A stretch of 64,000 nucleotides of DNA, taken from positions 62,001 to 126,000 of the forward strand of contig NW_026857567.1 of NCBI RefSeq assembly GCF_026571515.1, written 5' to 3'. Source of the stretch: Ruditapes philippinarum. Its lineage: Eukaryota. Both the position numbers and the translations under genes were made by a program. Positions 1 to 12,870 of the stretch are shown here, in pieces. The first letter of the stretch is position 1, and each line of letters starts with the position of its first letter. The notes under the pieces are model-generated. The model was not told where the DNA came from, searched no databases, and worked only from the letters and a program-made list of their open reading frames with translations.

Positions 1-1075
1 TTCCATAAGTAGAGATTATTTGTAAATATTATTATAAAACAAGTGAAGAAATGATATTCAGGAAAGGCACGTTTAGGTTGGTTTCTTGTTTTTTCATAAA
101 GACATATATTTGGCAAAATTAAACTATTCAATATAATTTAATTCAATTTTTCATGTCGCTAGACTATGATAATATTAATAATTGCAAGTAAAACGAGTTT
201 TGCGGACAACTAAATGTTAAAATGACAACTCCACTCCAGAAAAAAGTCTTTTATTCGTTTTATTTCATTTGCATTAAAAGAAGAAACTTACGAAGATACC
301 GAAACATTCACTTGATAAGGTGGATCATTGAATACTGCTTTTGAAGAATTTTCTGATCAAGCATTGTGGAAAGATATTTATGAGAATAAGATAAGATAAA
401 ATTTCACAAATCAGACCATTTTGATAAACTTAATACACAAATATTATTCTAGAGGTAAGCGGTATGTATGATTTTTCTAGATTACAAACAACTTCAATTA
501 AAAAAGCTTTTAGGCGACAGGTTGCAAACTTAGAACTATTTTATTTATAAACATAAAATAGAAAATAAAAATGTTTGAAATGTAAAAGAATTGAAAGCGT
601 TTTTGAATACAGACTGAAAAGGAAGATCATGAATTTCAAGATTGTTAAAATAGTTTATGATTTATTGTTAGGGAAATTATACATAAGGCTCAGATAAAAA
701 TAGACGGTCTCGGCTTAGTGTTTCCTGAACGTGGATTAAATCAAGAACTTAACATTTGATAAGGAAATGTGGAAGTTTAGAATATGATAAGATCAAGAAG
801 GGAAGGCGGATTTAAATCTATCGGCACATAACACTTTATGTCATTTTTTTGTCTCACAATTTGATAAAGGTGTCTAGCCATATTATTATATCCGGCAGAA
901 AATATAATTATACTATATTCTTGTTTATGTGATTTATTTCAGTAATGACTGCATTCCAAATACACATTGCAGAGTTCTCAATGTCAAGCGACACAGTCTT
1001 AGTTGGTCGTAGCAACGTATATGTCTTGTCAAATTTTGCATTTAATTAATATAATTACGTTTAGATATCTAACAT
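1..1075 (+). pseudogene. Decayed Toll-like receptor relic, 3' part (LRRCT and TIR)
   Basis: Read through stops and frameshifts: LRRCT-like 'RNIHLIRWII...RYL*E' (~300-385); TIR-like 'IVREIIHKAQIKIDGLGLVFPERGL...MIRSRR' (664-800); box-3-like 'HSLSWS*QRICLVKFCI*LI' (~990-1050). Motif order matches a TLR. Confidence 0.55.
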
Positions 1076-2419
1076 AACACTGAGCTGTCTGTTAAAAGTC
1101 ATAGTCTAAATAGGTATTTATTTGTAACTACGTCTAAACTATGTATGTTAAAGACAATAATTATTTAAGTCACATATTAAACATAGATAATTAATGACTG
1201 CTTGATCCCATGAGAAAATGTTAGCTGAATGCTAAATGTTTGATTCCACAAAACATAATTTACGCTGTTAAAGATTTCAGATAATGAGCTGACAACCAAA
1301 TAAATTGAATTGAAAAGGAAATACCTTTGACAAGATGAACGTGTATTGTTTGCCTTTAACACAAGGCAATGGTCTGCTTGTTAACCAATACAATATTTGG
1401 TTTATTGTTTTGAGTGAAATTTGACTTTACGTTAAAGATGCAATGTTAATAATTTCTTATGTATTGGAGAAATCGAATTTATGTATTGCGCTCAGATTTT
1501 TTTAGGAATTTCACTGATGTACAATAGCCTAAAAATTAAATTTTGAAATTATCTCTTAACTCAACTGATACACTTAAAATTAAAAAAAGACAATCTGAAT
1601 ACATAAGGTATAAATATTCTCTATCGATTGTTATGAGAAAATTTGCAAATTTGCACAAAAAATGATGATTCCTTTGAAAGGAAGTGAGCTAATGATCTGA
1701 AAATTTGTTTAGGGGCATTTTGTACATAAGTTGTTTGTCAATACATACATCCAGTTAATAATAGAATAATCATTTAGAAAGTAGTGTCTGTCCCTTCGTG
1801 TCAAAAAACCTCAGTTGAGCCCCTTTTAGTCAAGCAATGTTAAAATATGAAATAAAACAACGTGACACTTTTTACAGATTACGGCCCTGGTATATTACCT
1901 TCCAAATAACTCGTTGAATCTATAAACTTTGTGGCCTAATAAGATATATGTGACAGTTAAATAATCAAAATAAAAATACCATAGACTTTACTTACTGCCT
2001 TGTCATACAAACTAAATTTAAATCCATCAACATAAATAACGAAATTATATTATTTTTTCCACATAAATATATATAAGAAAATTAAACTTGCATACAGAAT
2101 AAGTTTCCGTGAATGTGAAATTCATAACTAAAGGACAACCTTCTACATTAGTAATTCAATTAATGAATATACACTATTTTCCTTATTGGGAAACTTGAAA
2201 ATGATAAAATAAAATAATTACCCAATTAATTCGTATTTGGAAGCAATTCTTTAAAAATCACGTCAAATAGCTTACGAAAATAAATGTTAAGGCTTGTGTG
2301 AGATTATTTTCAATTATTAAAAGGATACAAAAATAATACAATTACATATCAAAATAGACGTTTCTTTAAAAGTTATACATTAAACATGTTTATTGTAAAC
2401 ATTTACCACAATTCAGTCA

Positions 2420-3250
2420 GCAATATAGAATTTTGTTATTTAATCTAATAGACAGATAAATAGAATTGACAAAATACCGCTACATCGCATTTGGATAAAA
2501 CTAATTCAAAAGTTGTTTCTTCAAGAATAAGTTATCTGAAAAATAATTCTTTTAATAACTAGGTAAATTCAATTCGAATTATCTAAACTATTTTCTTGAC
2601 AATAAACATTTATTGCATACGTTCCGTGCAACATAAAATAGTAAACCCTTATCCCATTAAGTAATAATCGGCTTATTTACTTATTGCAGACAAAGATTGT
2701 ATCTGCCTTTTGTATTGATTTTCTGTCCGACGCAAATGAGGTGTATGTATAATGTAATGTATTACAACAGTCAATGTTGATTTGGTCGGTTTAAAGACAA
2801 AATAAGAAATAGAATCCGTCTGCTTCCAAGGAAAATACCTTTTTTTATTTCCACCTCATTGGGCAACAACCGTTTATCAGGTGGCAATATTCTTAATATA
2901 TTTATTTGTGTCTAAAGTGATTTCACACAAGCTGGCATTGAAGGACGAGAATATATAGAAAAGTATATTGGGAATAAGAAAAGAAAAAAGACTAGACACA
3001 TTTATAAATATCTGGAAAGGTTACTGCCTAACACATTGATTTCACAAATGAATGACTGTTGAAACATATGTAAATGTTTTGAATAGGATATTCACTTAGC
3101 TGCATAATTGTGATGTACAATATAAAAATATATTCGTTTTTCTCATTTAGTTATGATCATCTCGAAAGAGGTATTCTTCCATTTGTTGTCTGATGATAAA
3201 ATAATGAGGTCACCACACTTACAAAATATCCTGCTTAAACAAACAAATAT
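2420..3250 (+). pseudogene. Decayed LRR (TLR ectodomain-like) relic
   Basis: LRR-like 'NRIDKIP...IQKLFLQE', 'RISYLKNNSFNN*VNS', 'EIESVCFQG' and 'SLGNNRL' (2856-2876), spread over shifting frames. Confidence 0.5.
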
Positions 3251-3781
3251 AAATCAAGAGGAAATACTTTAATAATTGAGTCTAGAGACTAACGGTGATG
3301 TAAGGTCCAATTTGATTATCAGAGGTAATTTGTTATCTGGCTTGGAAGACGGTTTCCAATCAAATTATGTGACAGGTGTTGATTAAACAGCCAAAATGTG
3401 TGATAAAATGCTTTAATCGTTTTTCTTTTAATGGCCGTAGTGGTATTTGAAAGTAAATTACTTTCATTTGAAAAAATCGTGTTGCATGAGAATAACACGC
3501 AAAATATTTACTATCAGCTTAATAAACGCGCTTTCGTATTGTTACGCCTTTTGTAACTCTATTGTTTACGTCAATAGGTAGTCCAAATAATTAGCCTTGA
3601 AAAAAGTTATCTAACATGCTATTTTTATCATTGTAAAATGTAAAATATCAGATTGATAAAGGAAAAACATGAAATAGGTTTTGTTATAGATCTGTAAAAA
3701 CTAGTCACGGGTCGAAATTTTGTCATGGAATTGAGAGCAATTCATGAGTCGAAGTCTCGATGTATCAAAGTTTTTACGCAA

Positions 3782-3817
3782 GTCCCTTCAACTTCGACTT
3801 ACCGAAGTTCTACTGTA
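3782..3817. mobile_element. Right terminus fragment of a Tc1/mariner (pogo/Tigger-like) MITE
   Basis: Ends ...CTTCGACTTACCGAAGTTCTACTG-TA; the reverse complement TA-CAGTAGAACTTCG resembles pogo-like ends. No matching left end found. Confidence 0.3.
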
Positions 3818-6483
3818 CTTCTAAACATCTCTAGCTTGAACTATGTACTGCGAGAAATCTGTTGTTTACAGGGTTTTCGGTTATTACGACTAGGGTTTTA
3901 CTTTTCGATCATGTAAGTCTTACCATTGCCCGCAAATAGATGAGAACATCGACGCGTCAGTTCGATGAATTGTATTATAATAAGTGTGTTTTAAAAGTTT
4001 TTGTTAACAAAAACTTGTGTTGTAAAATTAGTACAAAATCCTCTTATACCGCCGATTATTTTTAAAACACAAATGTATGAGTTTTTTATTTTATTTATTC
4101 AAATCATTCTGAACATTAATCACTTCAGCGGCAAATATCGTTTTGAAATAAACGTTTCGTAAACTATGTTGATGATTTCTCGATGCTCGACTGTAAATTA
4201 TTCGTATATTCATGCGTTTAACTTTGTTTTGTTTTTTCAAGCTTTTTAATCTTTAAATTTTTCTTTAATTTATCTGTATCGAAAATTTGAACTTTATTAC
4301 ACATTGACTATCAAATTATAATGCTTTTCTCTATTATTGATTAAAATTTCTAATTACAAAATACGGGTCATTCATGAGATTGAAGACTGATCCCTGCGTC
4401 TTTCTCTGAAATAATTATTTCCTTGTTCTGTTCTGATAAGAAAACATATTTAATGGCTTTCTGTAATTTAACTGTTTGCTACTTCTGTTTTTTGTTGTAC
4501 CGAAACACATGTTTTTATTTGTGTTTTCTAATCAATTCGAAAACTATAATCAGTTTAATGCGATCACCTTCGGGTAGACGACTACTAGCTAGTTTGGTCA
4601 TGTTTTAGCCCAGATATTTGATTGAATGTTGCTATTGGGAATAAAATGAGCGTAGTCATTTAAACAACTGGTTGTACAGATCCCTGGCCTGTCTTATACT
4701 AATCATGAGATTAGTGGAATCTTTTAAGCTTTCACCACAACATATTCCTGAACAAAAGAGCACATGTTCAAATTTATTCATATTCAAATAAAAGGTCAGA
4801 GATATGATTTGTCAATTGCCAGACATATCATTTTTAAAAATACTCTGTTAAAAGATTGATTGATGAATAATGTGAGTTTAAATATAAATATTGTTTAATA
4901 TCATTTTGCCAATGTAAAATGTATTCTTTTGCTGAAATTGTGTTGTTAAATAGTGTTGTTTTGTCGCGCAAATGGTTCAGGAATATAATGTTTTCAAAGT
5001 GTCTGTTCTTTACCATTAGTAAATTGTTAGTTAAATGTATGGAAAATATTAACTAACAGTTATATGGTATAGCAGTTTTGTGTGCGTTTTCCGCGTACAG
5101 CGTCCTAGGGTGTACTTATATAGTTATCACACAGGCAAGATTTATGTATTTGCGACAGTTTATGATTATTTGTTTTTTTTTTAAATAATATTTAAAAGGC
5201 TATAAATGGTTTATAATAACAAAACGGCATTCATGATAGTGAGACAATGGTATTCTCTTACAGTTATCAAAACGGCAACGTTGTAGTTAATGACCCGTCA
5301 TGAACACTTTGACGCTGCATAGTAATTGGACAATTCTTTTTCTAATTTAAACAAACACCAATAGTTTGCCAAATAATTTAAACATTTATTCAGTTCTTTA
5401 AAATTATGCGTTTTGAATTAAAGTCTTCCGTAATGGTATTTAAAAGTATAAGGGATAAATTATCAGAACTATTTAATTATGACCGATGCATGACCGATTT
5501 ACCGCCGCCGTAAACGTGAGTAGGGATTTTTAAATTTAGAAAACGTTTAAACCTCTCTGTAAATTATAAACTTTACATATGGCAAGTATGACGGTTAAGA
5601 ACAAAACTTGTTTTAACTTGTAAATAACGGTGATAACTGATGAGTCAGCTTTAAAATATCATGATGGTACTTTTTGACCCGATTACCGTTGCATAAAGAT
5701 TTGATGAACGGTCCTAACACTGGGAAAGTTTAGCCTCCCCAAAAATAACTTTGAATGCTTTTGGCGATTTTCTCAAGTATTATGTATAGCTCTTTAAAAA
5801 CACATTACAAATTATACACTTAATTCAAATACTTCTTATTATTTGGTGTCTGTCTTTTTAAAGCCTTTAAAAATAATGATATACTGATACTGACGTGTGA
5901 AAATGATTGAAATATAGTTCCTGGTTGGTTAATGACCAAAGAATCAAACTTCCTTTATCTATTTCATCATTGTTTGCTACGTATTATAAATATTTTTCTT
6001 AATGGAAACGAAAAAATCATTCTACAAAGATACATAGGTAAATATGAGACATTCGGTTACAAAGATGTATACGAATGCCTGTCATTTATAACGCACAAAT
6101 TATTTGTTTTACATCTATAACTATGTATATGCATGGTTAAAATGGTTTCATTGATGCTTTAAAATTTGATTTTGTGATAACAGCAAAGAGAAATATTTAC
6201 ATGCATGTATCTACAGACAATGATGCTTTAACCATTTTATTATTATAGTTACTCAGTAATATATATACATGTATATATATTGTAATCTGGCTTTTTTGAG
6301 TAACTTAAACATTAACTTGCTTATATGTATTCGTAAAACGTTTAAGTCTTGTCTTAAGAATATAACAGCTGTTCATACACTGTTCATACACTTATATAAA
6401 CATATATATCCGAATTGAATGTAAATTGAATGTATATTATATGACTTCTGTGCGCATAATTTGACCTTACTTAAAAAAAAAGT

Positions 6484-7437
6484 TTGATTGGTCCAAAACA
6501 AAAAGCTGAAAAAGTGAAAATACAGAAGAAAACATTAACACCTGCATCCAAACACAGAAGCAGAAGCTCATCTACTAAGAGAAAAGTATCCTCCCCGGAG
6601 GACAACAGTATTTCTGAAAAGAAATACAGACAGACAGATATTGAGAGTAGTAAAGAATCTGACATACATGAGCATATAGCAAAACCTAGTGACAAAACTT
6701 CTTTAAACTCTAAAATGGAAGGTAGTGACAAAATTGTAGATCAAAATGACAGCATACAATATGGAATGCAAGGTGCTAGTGGAATACATCCTCCCCAGAT
6801 TCAGCCTATGCCCATGCCAATCTTTCCTCAAATGTTTAATTTGGGATCCCCACATATTACCCATCCCATGGTGACATCACCAATGGGATCAGCTGTAGTA
6901 ACTACAAACCTAACTGACCAAGATATTTTGAAAATAGCATCTGTGATTAAAGAAACTTTAAAGGAAGAAATAAATGCAATGGTCACTATGAAAGTCAATG
7001 AATCAACAGCAGAAATGAAAAAAGAAATAATAAATCTAAAAAATCAAATTCATGATCTCCAAATGTCAAATGAAGAAATTCAAAAACATCAAGAAGAAGC
7101 AGAGCAATATAGCAGAAAAAATAGTGTAAGGATAAGTAATGTTCCTGAGCAGAAAGGTGAAAATACAACTGACTTAGTCATAGATGTTGCTAAGAAAACA
7201 GGAGCTGAAGTATCAATGAATGATATTGACAACTGTCATAGAGTAGGCCCCTTTAGTAAAGAAAAAACAAGAGACATTATAGTTAAGTTCACCTCATATA
7301 GAGCAAGAACCCAATTCATCAAAGGTAGAAAATCTCTTAGAGACAAGAAGGAAACTATTTATATAAATGAAGACTTAACAAAGTTCAGATCTGACCTAGC
7401 AAGGGATGCTAGACTTATGACGAAAGACCCATTATGA
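6484..7437 (+). CDS. LINE ORF1 protein (coiled coil plus L1-ORF1/Transposase_22-like RRM), C-terminally truncated
   Basis: 317-aa ORF with coiled coil 'EMKKEIINLKNQIHDLQ' followed by 'EQYSRKNSVRISNVPE...DIDNCHRVG...IIVKF...IYINEDLT', typical of invertebrate CR1/L2 ORF1. True start codon uncertain. Confidence 0.85.
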   Translation: MIGPKQKAEKVKIQKKTLTPASKHRSRSSSTKRKVSSPEDNSISEKKYRQTDIESSKESDIHEHIAKPSDKTSLNSKMEGSDKIVDQNDSIQYGMQGASGIHPPQIQPMPMPIFPQMFNLGSPHITHPMVTSPMGSAVVTTNLTDQDILKIASVIKETLKEEINAMVTMKVNESTAEMKKEIINLKNQIHDLQMSNEEIQKHQEEAEQYSRKNSVRISNVPEQKGENTTDLVIDVAKKTGAEVSMNDIDNCHRVGPFSKEKTRDIIVKFTSYRARTQFIKGRKSLRDKKETIYINEDLTKFRSDLARDARLMTKDPL

Positions 7438-10400
7438 TAAAATCTTAAGCACAAGCAAGTTATATATGTATATAATGATGTACAGTTTGTCAAAAGTTAT
7501 ATGTGTATAATGATGTAGTTGATTCAAGTAAAGAGTATATTCTTTTTAAATATTTTTTATTATATAGTTATTATAGTTTGCAGATATTATAACATACATG
7601 CAATTGTTAATTTATGAAAAGGTAATATATTATAATTATAATAATAATAATTATGAAGATGATGATAGTGGTCTATGATAATGTTTAGTCTTAAAATTTC
7701 ATTTTTCTTAGATACTGTCAATTCTTAATACCTAAATCAAAATATTATTTTACATAACTCAAAGATTAAATATCATTCTTCTTAGATACTGTCAATTCTT
7801 AATACCTATATTCAAAATATTATTTTACATTACACATAGATAAGTTTTTTTTTTGTTGTTTTTTTTTAAACAAACAAGGTAAAGAGAAACTTAGAAGCTA
7901 TATTGAAAAATGTTATGCATAATATTAATTGTTGGTTATAATTTGAGTAATCAAATTTTTTGCATGATATTGGAAGGAATCTAGATATGAATCTAGATAT
8001 TTATCGTAAGAAATTGTAAAAATATCTATAGATTAATCAATTCTCTTTGTAAGATAAACTTTTTGTTAATAACTAAATGCACTTAATGATATATTTTTCT
8101 ATAATTGTATCTTCATGTTATATTTGAGTGTCATTGTACCTTTGCTATTTAGTCTCCTGCATATTCCACATTATTAAAGAATTCACTTATCTATCTTTAA
8201 AATATTGTATATTTATGATTATCACATAAAAAGGTAACTATTCAAATAAAATGGAACTAATAAATATAGATCTTACACAATAAACGACGCTAGTCATTTA
8301 TATAAACACATAGTAACTTAAATATGCCATTCACAATAATACATCAATGAAATTTACACCTCATGCGCGAACTGACCAATGAGAAAATAGGATAAACACT
8401 AGTATTACCGTCATTCCACGAAATTTACTTAATTTTCGGACTTTCATTATGTCAACACATATTATAATTTTGTGCAAAATATACAGTGAAACCATGATAT
8501 AAAGATTTGCAGTTTTATAAACCAGACCGCCAAATGAAATCTGTAACTGAAAATTATATACTACTTATTATCCTGCTCTAATAAATTTACAAGTGGGTAC
8601 TTCTGTTTTTCAAAATTAAACAAAAACAAAACAAAAAACCGCAATAGTACAATGGAACCGAATATATATAAATTTATAAAACCTCTGTTTTATACAATCG
8701 CTGCTTATACACTGCCACTTGTAATTTTTAGCAATCAAGCAATACAGTAGAACCCTGATATATAGTACAATTTAATAGTGTCTTAAGTTTTTACGATTTT
8801 TACTGAATACTTAATATTCTTAACTGGTTTTTACTTTACTTATCGTTTTCACTGACATTTACAATCAACTCGTGAAGATTTTTCTCATTATTAATAAATG
8901 CCCATTTTTCTCCAATTTCCTTTTCTCAATTCAACTCTTTTCATATCGATCTTGTCTTTTCTTTTCAATATAACTCCTTTCAAAATGATCCTGTCCTCCC
9001 TTTTCTTTGGTCACTGTGGTATTTGGAATGCCTCACCGTACTCACTTTTCCACCCCAGTATAACATAATGAATATTGAGATTATGCTTCACAGGGTGAGG
9101 GTAGGTCTATTTTTCGCTGTAAATATGAAAATAAAAGGACTCAATCACTTCACAAACTTCGAATGTATTTGCTGGATGTCAATAATTATCCTTTTATCTG
9201 GTGATGTTCATAAAAATCCAGGGCCCGACAATAACATAACTATCAACTCTACTGCATCAGATGTCCTAATTGATTTCAAAAGCTCAATCTCTTTTGTTCA
9301 CTACAATGTTCAAAGTTTTTTCCACAAAAAAGATATTCTCCAGGGTGAATTGTTTCATTTTGATGTCTTGTCCTTTACCGAAACATGGTTATCAGAAAAT
9401 ATAGAAACGGGATCACTACTTTTTGACGATTTTCGTTCTCCTTTTAGAAGCGATCGTCGCGGAGATAACCATGGAGGTGTACTTGTTTTTGTTAAAAACC
9501 ACATTCCAGTTCACAAAAGAACGGACTTATACAGACCGCCAAACTCTTCTTCACTTGTTATGACAAATATTGATAATTCTATAGGGTTAGCATTTGATAC
9601 TAGTATTGATAATATATTGATCACGGGTGACTTAAATTTAGATATGCTTAAGTCTTCCACAAACACAAAAATAAATAGTATAGCTTCACAATATAACATG
9701 ACATAAGTTATCAATGAGCCAACACACTTTACTGAATCTTTTCATTCTCTTATTGACATCTTTCTTTTATCATCAGCATGCAAGGTGACTTTATTTGGTG
9801 TAGGTGAACCGTTTCTTGCTCAAAATGTAAGGTATCACTGTCCTATCTACTGTTGTTTAAAAGCTTCTATACCCCATCGAAAATGCTTCAAAAGATCTAT
9901 TTGGAAATTCGATCAGGGGGATTATAATAATTTTAAAATTGATGTGTGTACTTTTAATTGGAACTCTCTCTTCCACGAAGATATCAACATTTACGCTTCA
10001 AATGTAACTGATAAAATCTTAAAACTCTCAGAAAAACATATTCCTCATAAATCAATTACAGTTCGGCATTCTGACCCACCTTGGATGCACAATGATCTAA
10101 GAAAATTCATGAGAAAGCGTAAAAGAGCATATGACAGAGCAAAAAGAACACAACAAGAACATCACTGGGACATATACAAACAATTAAGAAATAAAACTAC
10201 TGAACTTCTAAGAAATGCCAAACAAAATTATACGATAAAACTTGCAGAGAAAATAAAAAATGAAAATATAAACTCATCTGACTATTGGAAACTACTTAAA
10301 CAATTTATTACACCATCATCACATAACACTGGAATAAACACGCTTATTGATAATGGTACTCCTATTACATCAGATATTGACAAGGCTAACCTTCTAAATA

Positions 10401-11203
10401 ATTTTTTTCAAACTCAAACCGAGCTAAATGATAACAACAAAGACCTTCCACACATTGAAAACAATCCTGATAGTCCTAAACTTAGTCACATCATTATCAC
10501 CATAGATGAAGTAACCCTTATATTAAAATCTCTAACATTAGGTAAAGCGTTTGGGCCAGATACCGTCAACAACAAAATACTAAAAGAACTTGCTGAAGAA
10601 TTAGCAAATCCTCTTTGTAATCTCTTTAATCGTTCTTCATCTATTGGAAAAAATACCTTCTCAGTGGAAGTTAGCACATGTTTGTGCAGTATTTAAAAAG
10701 AATGACCCTCAAGATGTATCAAATTATAGGCCAATATCTCTTCTTAGCACTATCAGCAAGGTCTTAGAAAATATTGTACACAAACATGTCTTTAATCTCT
10801 TTGTTTCAAACAACTCTATAACCTCTTTACAATCTGGTTTTGTACCTAATGATTCTACTTCAAACCAGCTCGTATGTTGGTAAAGAAGTTCGTGCCGTCT
10901 TCTGTGATATTTCTAAGGCGTTTGATCGTGTATGGCATCGAGGTCTATTGTATAAACTAAAGTTGACTGGTGTAGCAGATCAATTACTTGATTGGTTCTG
11001 TGATTATTTGTCAGAGAGGAAACAGAGAGTCGTACTTCCTGGAGCCATGTCTGATATTATCAATATTTCTTCTGGCGTTCCACAAGGTTCCATCCTTGGT
11101 CCTCTTCATATGCTCCCCGAAAAAATTTCGGGGGAGCATATAGTCGCCGCCTTGTCCGTCCGTCCGTCCGTCTTTCCGTCCGTCCGTCCGTCCCCTTTTC
11201 TTG

Positions 11204-12870
11204 TCCGGGACATAACTTTGAAACAACAAGAGGTATCAACATGAAACTATGTAGGTAGATAGATCTCATTGAGTAGGTGTGCAGTGCACAAGAACCGTAA
11301 CTCTGCCTTGCCTAATTTTTAAATTATTCCCCTTTGTTTATTTTTACACTTTGAACTTTGTCCGGGACATAACTCTAAAAGTATAAGAGGTATCAACATG
11401 AAACTTTGTAGGTAGATAGATCTCATTGCGTAGAAGTGCAGTGCACAAGAACCGTAACTCTGCCTTGCCTAATTTTTGAATTATCCCCCTTTGTTTATTT
11501 TACTCTTTGAACTTTGTCCGGGACATAACTCTAAAAGTATAAAGAGGTATCAACATGAAACTTTGTAGGTAGATAGATCTCATTCAGTAGAAGTGCAGTG
11601 CACAAGAACCGTAACTCTGCCTTGCCTAATTTTTGAATTACCCCCCTTTGTTTATTTTACACCTTGAAATTTGTCCGGGACATAACTCTAAAAATATAAG
11701 AGGCATCAACATGAAACTTTGTAGGTAGATAGATCTCATTCAGTAGAAGTGCAGTGCACAAGAACCGTAACTCTGCCTTGCCTAATTTTTGAATTATCCC
11801 CCTTTGTTTATTTTACACCTTGAAATTTGTCCGGGACATAACTCTAAAAGTATAAAGAGGTATCAACATGAAACTTTGTAGGTAGATAGATCTCATTCAG
11901 TAGAAGTGCAGTGCACAAGAACCGTAACTCTGCCTTGCCTAATTTTTGAATTACCCCCTTTGTTTATTTTACACCTTGAAATTTGTCCGGGACATAACTC
12001 TAAAAATATAAGAGGCATCAACATGAAACTTTGTAGGTAGATAGATTCTCATTCAGTAGAAGTGCAGTGCACAAGAACCGTAAACTCTGCCTTGCCTAAT
12101 TTTTTGAATTATCCCCTTTGTTTATTTTACACTTTGAACTTTGTCCGGGACATAACTCTAAAAGTATAAGAGGTATCAACATGAAACTTTGTAGGTAGAT
12201 AGATCTCATTCAGTAGAAGTGCAGTGCATAAAAACCGTAACTCTGCCTTGCCTAATTTTTGAATTATCCCCCTTTGTTTATTTTTACACTTTGAACTTTG
12301 TCCGGGACATATTTCTTGATGTATAAGAGATATCAACATGAAACTTACAATACCGTCCATGAACGGGCTCAATCAAACCGAGCCTGCAACATTTTCAATT
12401 TTGCCGTGTTGGACTTTCTTTAGGGATTCTGTATTTATCTATTTTGTAGGTAGATAGATCTCATTGAGTAAGTTTGCAGTGCACAAGAACTGTAACACTG
12501 TCTTGCCTACTTCTGGAGTTATTGCCCTTTGTTCATTTTGACACTTTGAACTTTGTCTGGGACATCACTCTAAAATTATAAGAGATATCAACAGGAAACT
12601 TTGTAGATAGATAGGTATCATTGGGTGGAAGTGCAGTGCTTAGGAATCATTACTCTGCCTTGCCTTATTTTGAAGTAATTGCCCTTTGTTTATTTTTACT
12701 TTTTAACTTTTGTCCTGGACATTACTTTAAAACTATTAGAGATATCAACATGAAACTTTGTAGGTAGCTAGATATAATTGGATAGAACTGCAACGCTTCA
12801 AGAACTTAAACAAAGCCTGGTCTAATTTTGGAGTTATTGCCCTTTGTTCATTTTTTTATACTTTCCTGTG
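11204..12870 (+). repeat. Tandem array of 10 x ~157-bp units inside the HINE
   Basis: Unit anchor TCCGGGACAT (degenerate in the last two units) at 11204, 11361, 11517, 11674, 11830, 11986, 12144, 12301, 12556 and 12713. Unit 8 carries a ~98-bp insertion. Confidence 0.95.
12347..12443 (+). mobile_element. Truncated terminal fragment of the unclassified ~510-bp structured repeat
   Basis: Interrupts AAACTT|TGTAGG of a satellite unit. Near-identical to the reverse complement of ~19290-19385 and homologous to ~57465-57560. Confidence 0.85.

Noticed and set aside
5220-5722. DNA transposon remnant rich in ACGG/CCGT motifs ending CCTAACACTG
   Set aside because: Suggestive of hAT-type subterminal repeats, but no left TIR or TSD was found.
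11011-11269. Minus-strand ORFs with RTDG/TERR repeats and other antisense ORFs within the LINEs
   Set aside because: They are translations of the (CCGT)n microsatellite or shadows of the sense LINE frames.
12356-12400. SECIS element (ATGA-N12-AAA) in the structured repeat
   Set aside because: No 3' GA to complete the non-Watson-Crick quartet, and the helix is only 6-7 bp.
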